From Corynebacterium glutamicum ATCC 13032 (GTDB lineage Bacteria > Actinomycetota > Actinomycetes > Mycobacteriales > Mycobacteriaceae): a stretch of 32,000 bases of DNA. The notes under the pieces were generated by a model. It searched no databases, had not been told where the DNA came from, and was given only the letters and a program-made list of their open reading frames with translations. Each line of letters begins with the position of its first letter. The first letter of the stretch is position 1. Shown piece by piece: positions 7,748 through 16,312 of this stretch. The translations under genes and the position numbers were made by a program. The stretch is from positions 1,110,001-1,142,000 of the forward strand of contig NC_003450.3 in the NCBI RefSeq assembly GCF_000011325.1, read 5' to 3'.

Positions 7748-9034
7748 TTACGCATCCTTCGAGGAGCTAGGAGTAACAGGAGCTGCTGGAACAACAGATA
7801 GCATCCTTTCCAAAGCGACTCGCGCCGGTGCCGCCACGGATTCAGAGACAGAAATCTGGTTAATCACGTTTCCAGCCACCAACTCCTCAAGTGCCCAGGC
7901 CAGGTAACCAGGGTGAATGCGATACATGGTGGAGCATGGGCAGATGACAGGGTCGAGGCAGAAGATGGTGTGCTGCGGGTACTGGGCTGCCAGGCGCTGA
8001 ACCAAGTTGATTTCGGTGCCGATCGCAAAGGTAGATCCTGCCGGTGCTGCTTGAATGGCTTTCACAATGAAGTCAGTGGATCCGGATGAGTCGGCGGCGT
8101 CAACAACTGGCATGGGGGATTCAGGGTGCACGATGACGTGAACGTCGGGGTACTCGGCGCGGGCTTTGTTGATCTGCTCGACAGTAAAGCGCTTGTGTAC
8201 AGAGCAGAAACCATGCCAGAGCAGTACCTTTGCGTTTTCTAGCTCGGAAACGGTGTTGCCACCCAGTGGTTTGTTGGGATTCCACAGGGGCATTTGATCG
8301 ATCCCAATGCCCATGGCTTTCGCGGTGTTTCGACCCAAGTGCTGATCGGGGAAGAACAGGACTCGTTGGCCGCGTTCAAACGCCCACTCCAATACGGAAC
8401 GTGCATTTGAGGAGGTGCATACAATTCCGCCGTGCTCACCCACGAAACCTTTGAGCGCTGCAGAGGAATTCATGTAGGTCACAGGGATCAGGGTGTCATC
8501 GCCATAAATTGAGGTGAGTTGCTCCCAGCAGTCTTCGACGGAATCAAGGTCAGCCATGTCTGCCATGGAGCAACCTGCGGCAAGGTTGGGGAGGATCACT
8601 GATTGTTCATCCGTGGATAACAGATCAGCGGTTTCAGCCATGAAGTGCACACCGCAGAACACAATCGCTTCCGCCTCGGGTCGGGTTTTGGCAGCGCGGG
8701 CAAGTTGGAAAGAGTCACCAACAAAATCTGCGTGTTGGATAACTTCATCGCGCTGGTAGAAGTGTCCTAGGATAACCACTTTGTCACCCAGGGTGTCTTT
8801 CGCTTCCCGGATCCTACGATGCAGTTCGTCATCACTTGCGCGCTGGTACTCCTCGGGGAGAACCTGCTGGCGCGGAGCATGCGCAGGGATCGGATCGTTT
8901 TGTGACGCGCCGGGGCCGTAGACATCCGGCATTCCGGGCTGGTCGAGGAACCAGGGTCCGTCTTTGAGTTCACTGTTGCAGCTATTGGCATTTTTCAATG
9001 CAAGGTTGACAGATGGGGTGATTGAGGTGGTCAT
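7748..9034 (-). CDS. nadA: quinolinate synthase
   Basis: 428 aa. NadA-typical GVHFMAET, Cys-containing motifs (AGCSMA, CPCSTM) and HPE. It lies 3 nt upstream of nadC. Confidence 0.95.
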   Translation of the reverse strand: MTTSITPSVNLALKNANSCNSELKDGPWFLDQPGMPDVYGPGASQNDPIPAHAPRQQVLPEEYQRASDDELHRRIREAKDTLGDKVVILGHFYQRDEVIQHADFVGDSFQLARAAKTRPEAEAIVFCGVHFMAETADLLSTDEQSVILPNLAAGCSMADMADLDSVEDCWEQLTSIYGDDTLIPVTYMNSSAALKGFVGEHGGIVCTSSNARSVLEWAFERGQRVLFFPDQHLGRNTAKAMGIGIDQMPLWNPNKPLGGNTVSELENAKVLLWHGFCSVHKRFTVEQINKARAEYPDVHVIVHPESPMPVVDAADSSGSTDFIVKAIQAAPAGSTFAIGTEINLVQRLAAQYPQHTIFCLDPVICPCSTMYRIHPGYLAWALEELVAGNVINQISVSESVAAPARVALERMLSVVPAAPVTPSSSKDA

Positions 9035-9082
9035 GATTGGGGTCTTTTCTTCTAAACGGTGGGCTGGAATGAGCGTCAGAAT

Positions 9083-9727
9083 TTATCTTTGGAATCTGAA
9101 CAGTTTGGGTGGGCGGTGCGGTGTTCCCGCAAGCACTTCGCCGGTGTCGATCAGATCGGGCGAGGTGGCCACGGATCTTCGGAAGTTGGCGGCATCGAGT
9201 TTGTGTCCAAGGACTGCCTCATGCACGGATCGAAGCTGGGCGATGGTGAAGGTTTCTCCGAGGAAGGAGTGGGCGATTTCGGAGTATTCCACCTTGGTGC
9301 GAAGTCGTTCTAGTGCATATTTGACGATGTTATTGTGGTCAAATGCCAGCTCAGGGAGATGATCGGCGGGAAACCACTGGACGTTTTCTCCTGGGATGGC
9401 TTTCAACGCTTCATCGGCTCGGACAAGTGCCCAATACACCACAGAGATCACGCGTCCGGTTGGGGAGCGGTCGACTTTTCCGAAAGTGTAGAGCTGTTCT
9501 AGATAGCTGGGGTGCAGGCCGGTGGTTTCTGCGAGTGTGCGGGCAGCAGCATCTTCAAGTTCTTCATGTGGTGGCAGCCAACCGCCGGGCAGTGCCCATT
9601 TATTTAAATGTGGTTCGCGGGTGCGCGGAACGAAGGGGGCCCACAGGCTGGGGAGATCCTGGGGGCCGGGGCGCAGCGCGAAGATGATCGTGGATACGGC
9701 CATCTGGATTTCAGGTGAAGCGGGCAA
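9083..9727 (-). CDS. ndnR: Nudix-related transcriptional regulator (NrtR family), NAD-biosynthesis repressor
   Basis: 214 aa. N-terminal Nudix-like domain with a degenerate box (LPGGWLPPHEELEDAAARTLAETTGL) plus a C-terminal winged-helix region. First gene of the nadA-nadC-nadS cluster. A TTG start at 9727 is preceded by AAGGTGG; the alternative ATG is at 9703. Confidence 0.85.
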   Translation of the reverse strand: MPASPEIQMAVSTIIFALRPGPQDLPSLWAPFVPRTREPHLNKWALPGGWLPPHEELEDAAARTLAETTGLHPSYLEQLYTFGKVDRSPTGRVISVVYWALVRADEALKAIPGENVQWFPADHLPELAFDHNNIVKYALERLRTKVEYSEIAHSFLGETFTIAQLRSVHEAVLGHKLDAANFRRSVATSPDLIDTGEVLAGTPHRPPKLFRFQR

Positions 9728-9736
9728 GAAACCACC

Positions 9737-9757
9737 TTAGGGTCAATCTGACTTTAA
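9737..9757. promoter_or_regulatory. 21-bp palindromic NrtR/NdnR-type operator 1: TTAGGGTCAATCTGACTTTAA
   Basis: Pattern TTA-NN-GTCA-NNN-TGAC-NN-TAA. It ends 10 bp from the ndnR TTG and abuts its SD. Confidence 0.65.
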
Positions 9758-9770
9758 CTGTTGAGCTATC

Positions 9771-9791
9771 TTACAGTCACTTTGACTCTAA
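9771..9791. promoter_or_regulatory. 21-bp palindromic NrtR/NdnR-type operator 2: TTACAGTCACTTTGACTCTAA
   Basis: Same TTA-NN-GTCA-NNN-TGAC-NN-TAA architecture, 34 bp centre-to-centre from operator 1. Confidence 0.65.
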
Positions 9792-9883
9792 GGGAAGTGT
9801 TTCGCTTCAACCCGTACAGGTCTAATATGTCGGGAGTCTTGTTTTAAGCTCTTATATAACCTGTATAGGAAAGCGAAAACCTC

Positions 9884-10807
9884 ATGCTTGCAGTGCTATT
9901 CGGGGTGGTGGCCGGTGCCATCATGCCTTTCCAAACTTCGGTGAATAATAGATTGCGTCAGTCCGTGGGAGCACCACTGCTGGCGTCTTTTATTTCCTTT
10001 TTGGTAGGAACTTTTTCACTCCTGGTTGCAACGTGGATCACCAGTGGGCACCCGTATCCTGCTCTAGGAAATACAACTGGCCAACCGTGGTGGATTTTCA
10101 CCGGTGGCATGTTGGGTGTTGTGCTGCTGACGGGAAACATTTTGCTGTTTCCCCGAGTCGGCAGCGTGCAGACCGTTATTTTGCCCATCTCCGGACAGAT
10201 CATCATGGGCCTAATTATCGATACAACTGGCCTGGCACATTCGCCTCAAGCACCGTTAACCCTGTTCAGAGTATTGGGTGCTGCTGCGGTACTTGTTGGA
10301 TCGCTGGCCGCAGTGGGAGTGTTCTCTAAGAAAAACATCGGACAGACCCAATCCCAAGGTGCCTCCATTTGGTTGTGGCGCCTCTTCGGAGTGGTGATGG
10401 GCATGTGCCAAGCAACCCAGGTTGCAGTCAATGGTTACTTGGGAACTGTCCTAGGATCCCCCATTGAGTCAGCACTGGTGTCTTTCGCTGTTGGCACCAC
10501 CGCGCTGTTTATTCTGCTGTTGGTCACCCGAACCAAGTGGCGTGGAATCAACGGCGCTGGGAAGAAAAACCCATGGTGGATGTGGATCGGTGGCGTCATC
10601 GGCGCGACTGTTATTTTCAGTACTGCTTACCTGGGACCGATCATTGGCACTGGTGTTACCGTGGTGGTTATGTTGCTGGGCATGATGTTGGCCAGCCTGA
10701 TGATCGACGCTTTTGGAATCCTTGGCAGCCCGCGCCGCCACATTCACATCGCGCAGCTTCTCGGGCTCGTGGTGATCATCCTCGGCGTAACAATGATCAG
10801 AATCTAA
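9884..10807 (+). CDS. DMT-superfamily membrane protein, fused tandem DUF606 (YdcZ-like) halves
   Basis: 307 aa, about 10 TM. The N-half (PFQTSVNNRL...SFISFLVGT) and C-half (CQATQVAVNGYL...LVSFAVGT) are visibly homologous. Confidence 0.8.
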   Translation: MLAVLFGVVAGAIMPFQTSVNNRLRQSVGAPLLASFISFLVGTFSLLVATWITSGHPYPALGNTTGQPWWIFTGGMLGVVLLTGNILLFPRVGSVQTVILPISGQIIMGLIIDTTGLAHSPQAPLTLFRVLGAAAVLVGSLAAVGVFSKKNIGQTQSQGASIWLWRLFGVVMGMCQATQVAVNGYLGTVLGSPIESALVSFAVGTTALFILLLVTRTKWRGINGAGKKNPWWMWIGGVIGATVIFSTAYLGPIIGTGVTVVVMLLGMMLASLMIDAFGILGSPRRHIHIAQLLGLVVIILGVTMIRI

Positions 10808-10835
10808 ACCAAGAATCTAAACCAAGAATCTAAAT
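10799..10835. repeat. 13-bp tandem repeat AGAATCTAAACCA x about 2.8
   Basis: Copies at 10799-10811 and 10812-10824, with a partial copy at 10825-10835. The first copy carries the TAA stop of the plus-strand gene. The last carries the TAG stop (complement) of the minus-strand gene. Confidence 0.9.
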
Positions 10836-11459
10836 TTCCAACGACTCTCCCTCTTCAAGCGGCGAGTATTCCGAGCCATAGGTTTCACCAAGATGCGTTA
10901 AGAACTTCTTGTTGATCGCCAAACCGCGATCATTAACAATGCCATCGTGAATGCCGATGAAACGCTTTGGTGGAAATTTCTTCAAATAGCCTTCCACATC
11001 CAGCATTTTCACCCAGGGGCCGTTGACAGGAACCAGGGCGAGTTCGACATCTTTAATGGGTTGGAAGGTATCGCCGGGGTGGAGCACTCGGCCGTTGATT
11101 AAGTATCCAACGTTTTCCGCGATCGGCATGGAATGGGTGAGCATCGCATGTTCAGAACCAAGAACCTCAACGGATAGGGACCCAACGGTAAAGTTTCGGC
11201 CGTGTTCCACGATGTGGCATTCTACTGGAATTGAATGTGCTACTGATCGAGGCGCGTAAATCGTCATGCCGGGCTTGAGCAACTCGGGATCAACGTGATC
11301 GGCATGATTGTGGGTGACCAGGATGGTCGCGCCACATAAATCTGGGGCGCCAAAAGTACCGGGATCAATAATGATTCGATCGTTTCCCTGTGAGATCTCA
11401 ACGCATGCATGGATGTGGCGGGTAATTTTCATATCACCCATCTTGCCACCCGCAAGCAA
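10830..11459 (-). CDS. MBL-fold metallo-hydrolase
   Basis: Metal-binding motif THNHADHVD. The longest ORF starts at TTG 11459. ATG alternatives at 11441 and 11432 (MKITRHIHACVEI) are equally plausible. Confidence 0.85.
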   Translation of the reverse strand: MLAGGKMGDMKITRHIHACVEISQGNDRIIIDPGTFGAPDLCGATILVTHNHADHVDPELLKPGMTIYAPRSVAHSIPVECHIVEHGRNFTVGSLSVEVLGSEHAMLTHSMPIAENVGYLINGRVLHPGDTFQPIKDVELALVPVNGPWVKMLDVEGYLKKFPPKRFIGIHDGIVNDRGLAINKKFLTHLGETYGSEYSPLEEGESLEI

Positions 11460-11464
11460 CCAAG

Positions 11465-11809
11465 TTAAGGCCTTTTATACTTCGGCAAGGTGGAAATTAC
11501 CAGTTCATAGGACTCTTCCACGAGACCTTCGATGAAGTCTTTCGTGATCCGTTCACCATCGCTAATGCTCAGCCAGTGCACTTTGTTCATGTGATATCCA
11601 GCCTGGATGGTGGGGAAGCCACTGCGTAGTGAAGCGCCAATCTCGGGGTCTGATTTCAGCGTGATAATCGGCTCATCATTTAGTATCGTGAGCAGCAAAA
11701 ATACCTTGCCCCGCACTTTGTACACTTCGTGCTCGGGTCCGAAAGGAAACTCTTTGGTGCTCAGGGGAAGAGTCGCCGCGTGCGCTGCAGCTACCTTGTG
11801 CAGATCCAT
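11465..11809 (-). CDS. MmcQ/YjbR-family protein
   Basis: 114 aa. Pattern FPFGPEHEVYKVRGKVFLLL ... YHMNKVHWLSI is typical of YjbR-like proteins. There are 5-nt gaps to both neighbours. Confidence 0.7.
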   Translation of the reverse strand: MDLHKVAAAHAATLPLSTKEFPFGPEHEVYKVRGKVFLLLTILNDEPIITLKSDPEIGASLRSGFPTIQAGYHMNKVHWLSISDGERITKDFIEGLVEESYELVISTLPKYKRP

Positions 11810-11814
11810 AGAAA

Positions 11815-12873
11815 CTATTGAACTCGCTTAGTCCACTCCTCGGTGGCGTATTTGGTTTTTACTAGGTCGTGGCCTGCCGCGAAATCTTCATCGCTGAGCT
11901 CTACTTCTTGCGCGCCGTACCTAGCACTGAATGTGGACTTTAGGGTGTCGATGATTTGCTCACGTGATGCACCTGTTTGGCGGCGCAGAGGATCAACGCG
12001 CTTCTTTGCGCTGCGAAGACCCTTGTCGGAAATCTTCACCTTTCCAATGCGCAACACCTGGGTCATCATGTCCGCATCGATGTCATAGGACATGGTCACG
12101 TGGTGGAGGACTGCGCCACTGCGACGTTTCTGTGCAGCGCCACCGATTTTTCCGCCGGTGGAGGTGATGTCATTGATAGGCACGTACCAAGCGTCAACAT
12201 CGTGTGTCTTCAGCGCAGCAATCACCCAACGATCCAAATATTCATAGGACTGCTCATAGCTCAAACCAGCAACGAGAGATTCCGGTGCATACAGGGAATA
12301 GGTGATGCAGTTGCCGCCCTCCATAAACATTGCACCGCCACCAGACATGCGTCGTACCACGGTCACACCATGTTCATTAACGCCTTCTTGGTTGATTTCA
12401 TTGACATATGACTGGAAACTACCGATCACTGTGGCGCGATCATCCCAATCCCAAATGCGCATCGTCGGGCCACGCTGACCACTGGCAACTTGGTCCAAAA
12501 GGAGCTCATCCAACGCAACGTTAAGTGGGGTAGGAAGCACCCCTGGGTGCAGGATTTCCCATTCATAATCGGTGAAATCTTGCGCGCCGGTGACTGCCCG
12601 ACGCACAGCTAAAGCAATATCCGCAGTGCTAAAGCCGTGTAGCTCAACGTCATCATATTCCGCCAACGCTGCATCCAACTTTGCCTGCAAACGATCAGTG
12701 TTATCACCCACCGACGCCCCCTGCAGCGCCCGGCCAAGGGCGAAGAATGCCTCATCGGGTTCGAGGAAGAAATCGCCGGAAATCTTCACGTCAGCAATGG
12801 AATCCAGATCGGTGGTCACATCAACGACGACAAGCTTTCCACCAGGTACTTTGAGCTCAAAATGGTTATTCAT
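11815..12873 (-). CDS. lplA: lipoate-protein ligase A
   Basis: BPL/LPL catalytic domain with the lysine motif TGGKIGGAAQKRR. ATG at 12873 (MNNHFELK) is preferred over the upstream in-frame GTG at 12882 used by the ORF track. Confidence 0.9.
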   Translation of the reverse strand: MNNHFELKVPGGKLVVVDVTTDLDSIADVKISGDFFLEPDEAFFALGRALQGASVGDNTDRLQAKLDAALAEYDDVELHGFSTADIALAVRRAVTGAQDFTDYEWEILHPGVLPTPLNVALDELLLDQVASGQRGPTMRIWDWDDRATVIGSFQSYVNEINQEGVNEHGVTVVRRMSGGGAMFMEGGNCITYSLYAPESLVAGLSYEQSYEYLDRWVIAALKTHDVDAWYVPINDITSTGGKIGGAAQKRRSGAVLHHVTMSYDIDADMMTQVLRIGKVKISDKGLRSAKKRVDPLRRQTGASREQIIDTLKSTFSARYGAQEVELSDEDFAAGHDLVKTKYATEEWTKRVQ

Positions 12874-13003
12874 GCGCCCCACAGTAACCGAATTTGCTAA
12901 AGAGATTTTGCTTGTCGACGCGCCCCTCCATCACAGTCATCCCGCCGCAGGCGGGCGTCGAAAAGCGGCGACCTGCGGATCTGTGACCCGCGCCATAAAT
13001 GGG

Positions 13004-13009
13004 TACGAT
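13004..13009 (+). promoter_or_regulatory. candidate -10 hexamer TACGAT (context GGGTACGATGG)
   Basis: Resembles the corynebacterial extended -10 consensus. It lies about 40 nt upstream of the ATG at 13051. Confidence 0.3.
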
Positions 13010-13050
13010 GGCGGTTGGAAAATTCCGTAACTTCTTTGAGGGAGAAACCC

Positions 13051-13464
13051 ATGGTCGGCACGATTTCCACCTACATCGCATTCAATGGAAACACCACGGA
13101 AGCTCTGAAACATTGGCAAGAGGTTTTTGGTGGTGAACTTAATCTTTTAACCTACGGTCAGCTCACCTTGGAAGGTATGCCGTTTGATCCTCCAGCGGAT
13201 GCGTTGGCGCACGGCGTCCTCACGTTGGACAATGGTGGTTTGATTTCTGGCAGTGATTCTTTTGAGGGAGAAATGCTCGTCAAAGACACCGCGTACTCCA
13301 TGTTGTATAACGCGGAGTCAGTGGAAGATGGTCGCGCGCGGATCGACAAGATTGTGGCGGCTGGCGGTGAGGAAGCCATGAAGTTTGAACAGGCTCCGTG
13401 GGGCGGTTTCTTTGGCCAGGTTTTTGATAAATTTGGTGTGATGTGGAATATTTCCTCAGACTAA
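13051..13464 (+). CDS. PhnB-like / VOC (glyoxalase-fold) family protein
   Basis: Start chosen at ATG 13051, preceded by GAGGGAG; the ORF-track start at 13015 lacks an SD. YIAFNGNTTEAL... and ...APWGGFFGQVFDKFGVMWNI are typical of the PhnB/3-demethylubiquinone methyltransferase-like domain. Confidence 0.8.
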   Translation: MVGTISTYIAFNGNTTEALKHWQEVFGGELNLLTYGQLTLEGMPFDPPADALAHGVLTLDNGGLISGSDSFEGEMLVKDTAYSMLYNAESVEDGRARIDKIVAAGGEEAMKFEQAPWGGFFGQVFDKFGVMWNISSD

Positions 13465-13472
13465 AAGCATAA

Positions 13473-13518
13473 AAAGATCGTTGCATTTTCAACCTCAAGA
13501 AAATGCAACGACCTTTTT
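13473..13518. terminator. bidirectional rho-independent terminator between convergent genes
   Basis: Perfect 13-bp stem TCGTTGCATTTTC (13478-13490) / GAAAATGCAACGA (13499-13511) with an 8-nt loop. It is flanked by AAAAA on the left and TTTTT on the right, giving a U-tract on both strands. Confidence 0.85.
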
Positions 13519-13530
13519 CAGTGTTAAAAC

Positions 13531-14826
13531 TTAAGCGTTCTCGCGATGCCTCAGAGTCTTCGATGCGGAGAAAATCAGCGCGCCCAGCAGACCGACGCCA
13601 GCGAAAGCGAAGAAGCCCCATGGGTAAGCAAGGTTGGCACTGACAAGCAGACCACCAAGCAACGGGCCAGAGATGGCGCCGAGGCGACCAATTCCTGCGG
13701 AGAATCCCATGGCGGTTGCGCGCATCTTGGCAGGGTGATTCTCACCAACGAAGGCGTAGATGAGTACCTGGGAGCTGAACACAAAGATGCCGGTGAGCAG
13801 CACGATGCCATACAGACCGATCAGTGGCATCCGGACAGCAAGCAACGCGAGGGAAAATGCAGAGAACACGAACCATACGAGTGCTGTTTTGCGAGGGGAG
13901 TTCTTATCGGCAATTCGCCCTGCAATATAAAGGCCGATCACTGCGCCGATGTTGAGCACCATGAGGAATCCAAGCGAGTTACCCATGTCGTAGTCTGCTT
14001 GGCGCATGATTTGTGGCAGCCATGTGTTCAGGCCGTAGACCAGGAGGAGTCCCATGAATGAGGTGCCCCAAATCGCCAGGGTGTTGCGGCGGAACGAGGG
14101 CTTGAACAGGGAGGAAAGTGAGGAGGACTCGCCGAGTTCTTCTTCGTGTTCGCGATCAAGATCATCATCCAGGGAAAGTCCATAAGATGCTGCAACTGCC
14201 TGCGCCTCATCCAACTTGCCGGAGATTTTGAGGTACTGCGGGGATTCTGGAAGGAAGAAGTACAGCAGTGGTAGCAGGATCAGTCCTGGTACGGCACCTG
14301 CGATGAACATGGAGTGCCAACCAAAGCCGTCGATAAGGAAGAGGCCAAGGAAGGCGGTTGCTACTGCGCCGACGTGGTAGCCGGTCATCAAGGTGGTGGA
14401 TGCAGAGCCCGCTTTGGTGCCGGGGCGGAACTCGGTCACCATGGCAATTGCGGTGGGGAGTGCTCCACCAAGGCCAACACCTGCGAGGAAACGCCACAGG
14501 CTGAAGAGCTGGACGTTGGTGGTGAATGCCAGCAGGAGAGTGAATACAGAAAATACTGCCACAGAGAACAGCATGACACGGCGTCGACCCAGACGGTCCG
14601 TTAAGAAACCGATGGTCAGTGCGCCAATGGTCATGCCGACGAGGCCGATGGTGGAAATCTGTGTGGCCTGTCCAGCAGTGAGATCCCACGCGGGATCCTC
14701 CAGCATGGACGGGATTGTTGCACCCAGGACGACTAGGTCAAAGCCGTCGAGGACAATTGCGAACCACAGGAGTGCGAGAACTGTTCCGACACTTTTGGTT
14801 GCGCGGGTTGGGGTGGTCGTTGACAC
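13531..14826 (-). CDS. pcaK: MFS aromatic acid:H+ symporter (4-hydroxybenzoate transporter type)
   Basis: 431 aa, 12 TM, MFS motif A GFLTDRLGRRRVM. It lies 6 nt downstream of pobA on the same strand. Confidence 0.85.
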   Translation of the reverse strand: MSTTTPTRATKSVGTVLALLWFAIVLDGFDLVVLGATIPSMLEDPAWDLTAGQATQISTIGLVGMTIGALTIGFLTDRLGRRRVMLFSVAVFSVFTLLLAFTTNVQLFSLWRFLAGVGLGGALPTAIAMVTEFRPGTKAGSASTTLMTGYHVGAVATAFLGLFLIDGFGWHSMFIAGAVPGLILLPLLYFFLPESPQYLKISGKLDEAQAVAASYGLSLDDDLDREHEEELGESSSLSSLFKPSFRRNTLAIWGTSFMGLLLVYGLNTWLPQIMRQADYDMGNSLGFLMVLNIGAVIGLYIAGRIADKNSPRKTALVWFVFSAFSLALLAVRMPLIGLYGIVLLTGIFVFSSQVLIYAFVGENHPAKMRATAMGFSAGIGRLGAISGPLLGGLLVSANLAYPWGFFAFAGVGLLGALIFSASKTLRHRENA

Positions 14827-14832
14827 GAGCGT

Positions 14833-16020
14833 TTATACCTCGAAGCGTGGTAGGTCGCGCCCAACGTACTGCTCTGCGAGGTAGCGTTGGCCGGATTGGG
14901 ATTCTAGGACGGAGCGCAATTCAGCGAATCGGCGCTGGGTGGCAAAGTGATCTTCGCCGGGTACTGCGTGGAGCATGGAGCTCATCCAGTAGGAGAAGTG
15001 CTGTGCTTTCCAGATGCGGGGGACTGCCAGGGAGGTGTAGCTATCGAGCAAGCCGGTGTCCTTCTTCTTCAGGGCACGAACCAGTGCTGGCGCGAGTACT
15101 GAGACATCGGCAACAGCCAAGTTGAGGCCCTTAGCTCCGGTTGGCGGCACGGTGTGTGCAGCATCGCCAGCAAGGAAGAGGCGTCCCTTTTGCATTGGTT
15201 CGGTGACCGCGGAGCGGAAACGCAGCACGGCCTTGTCAAAGATGCGCCCTTCAGACACGGTGATGCCAGGGGAGTCCGCACGCAGGTGCAGCTGTTCCCA
15301 AATGCGGTCATCGGGCCACATGTCTGGGGTGTCGTCAGGGTTGCACTGCAGGTAGTAGCGCTGGATTTCATCGGTACGGGTGGAGATCAGCGCAAAGCCC
15401 TCAGGGTGGGTTGCGTAGATGAGTTCCTTTTGGGTTTTTGGTGCTTCCACCAAAATGCCGAACCATGCGTAAGGGTATTCATGGCGGGCGCGCACGCCAC
15501 CGTCTTCGGTGATCAGCTTGCGGTAAGGGGAGTTGGAGCCGTCAGCTGCGATGACGTAGTCGGCGGTGATGGTGGTGGAGGAACCATCGGCTTCGGTGTA
15601 GGTCACCTTGGCGAGGTCGCCTTCGTAGTTTTCTACGGAATCAACAGTGGTGGTGAAAAGGAGTTCGCCGCCATCTTCGATGCGCTTGGCAATGAAATCT
15701 TTGAGGTATTCGTGCTGCGGGTAGATCGCAACCTTGTGGCCGGTGAGTTCGGTCAGCGGAATGCGGGTGCGCTCATTGTTGATGGAGATGTCGATTGCTT
15801 CATCGTGATCGGCTTCTGCTTCCATGCGTGCGCCGACTCCGGTTTCGCGCATCAGATTCAGGGTGCCTTGTTCCAGGATGCCTGCTCGGACGGTTTCTTC
15901 GACGTCCTTGCGGGTGCGGGATTCAAAGACGATTGATTCCACACCTTGAAGGTGGAGGAGGTGGGCGAGGGTTAGTCCTGCTGGTCCTGCGCCAATAATT
16001 GCCACTGGTACGTGGTTCAT
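14833..16020 (-). CDS. pobA: 4-hydroxybenzoate 3-monooxygenase
   Basis: 395 aa. N-terminal FAD fold VAIIGAGPAGL and PHBH-signature LFLAGDAAHTVPPTGAKGLNLA. SD AAAGGAG upstream. Confidence 0.95.
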   Translation of the reverse strand: MNHVPVAIIGAGPAGLTLAHLLHLQGVESIVFESRTRKDVEETVRAGILEQGTLNLMRETGVGARMEAEADHDEAIDISINNERTRIPLTELTGHKVAIYPQHEYLKDFIAKRIEDGGELLFTTTVDSVENYEGDLAKVTYTEADGSSTTITADYVIAADGSNSPYRKLITEDGGVRARHEYPYAWFGILVEAPKTQKELIYATHPEGFALISTRTDEIQRYYLQCNPDDTPDMWPDDRIWEQLHLRADSPGITVSEGRIFDKAVLRFRSAVTEPMQKGRLFLAGDAAHTVPPTGAKGLNLAVADVSVLAPALVRALKKKDTGLLDSYTSLAVPRIWKAQHFSYWMSSMLHAVPGEDHFATQRRFAELRSVLESQSGQRYLAEQYVGRDLPRFEV

Positions 16021-16312
16021 GGGGAACTCCTTTCATTGACCCACTGGAGGTGAAGTCCATTAAATGGTGCACCTCACAGTGATTTGGGACTCAATGTAAG
16101 TGAAAGTGCATTCCGTGACAACCTGTTCGCCTTGCGAACCAGGCATTTTCTGAGGTTGAAGTCACAGCCAGCGGAAAAGCGTTTCAGCTCATGCTGCCAG
16201 GGTGTAATTAGGGGTGTGTGTCAGGGGTTGGGGTGGTTATGTATTAATCTAGGTCAGTTTCTAGGATTTCCAATTGGTTTAAGCTACTGTGAACGCGTAC
16301 TTAAATTTCATA

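Noticed and set aside
12941-12955. Small GC hairpin CCCGCC-GCA-GGCGGG between lplA and the PhnB-like gene
   Set aside because: It has only a 6-bp stem, no U-tract and lies between divergent genes, so it is not a terminator. It is too small to assign a function.
15154-15936. 260-aa ORF antisense to pobA. Similar long antisense or alternate-frame ORFs occur at 11977-12411, 12572-13030, 14207-14689, 14393-14884, 17394-17927, 22073-22543, 22619-23059 and 30593-30976.
   Set aside because: These are typical shadow ORFs of moderately GC-rich coding DNA. Each lies entirely inside a gene with strong family motifs on the other strand or frame. They are rich in R/G/A/V and have no motifs or SD.
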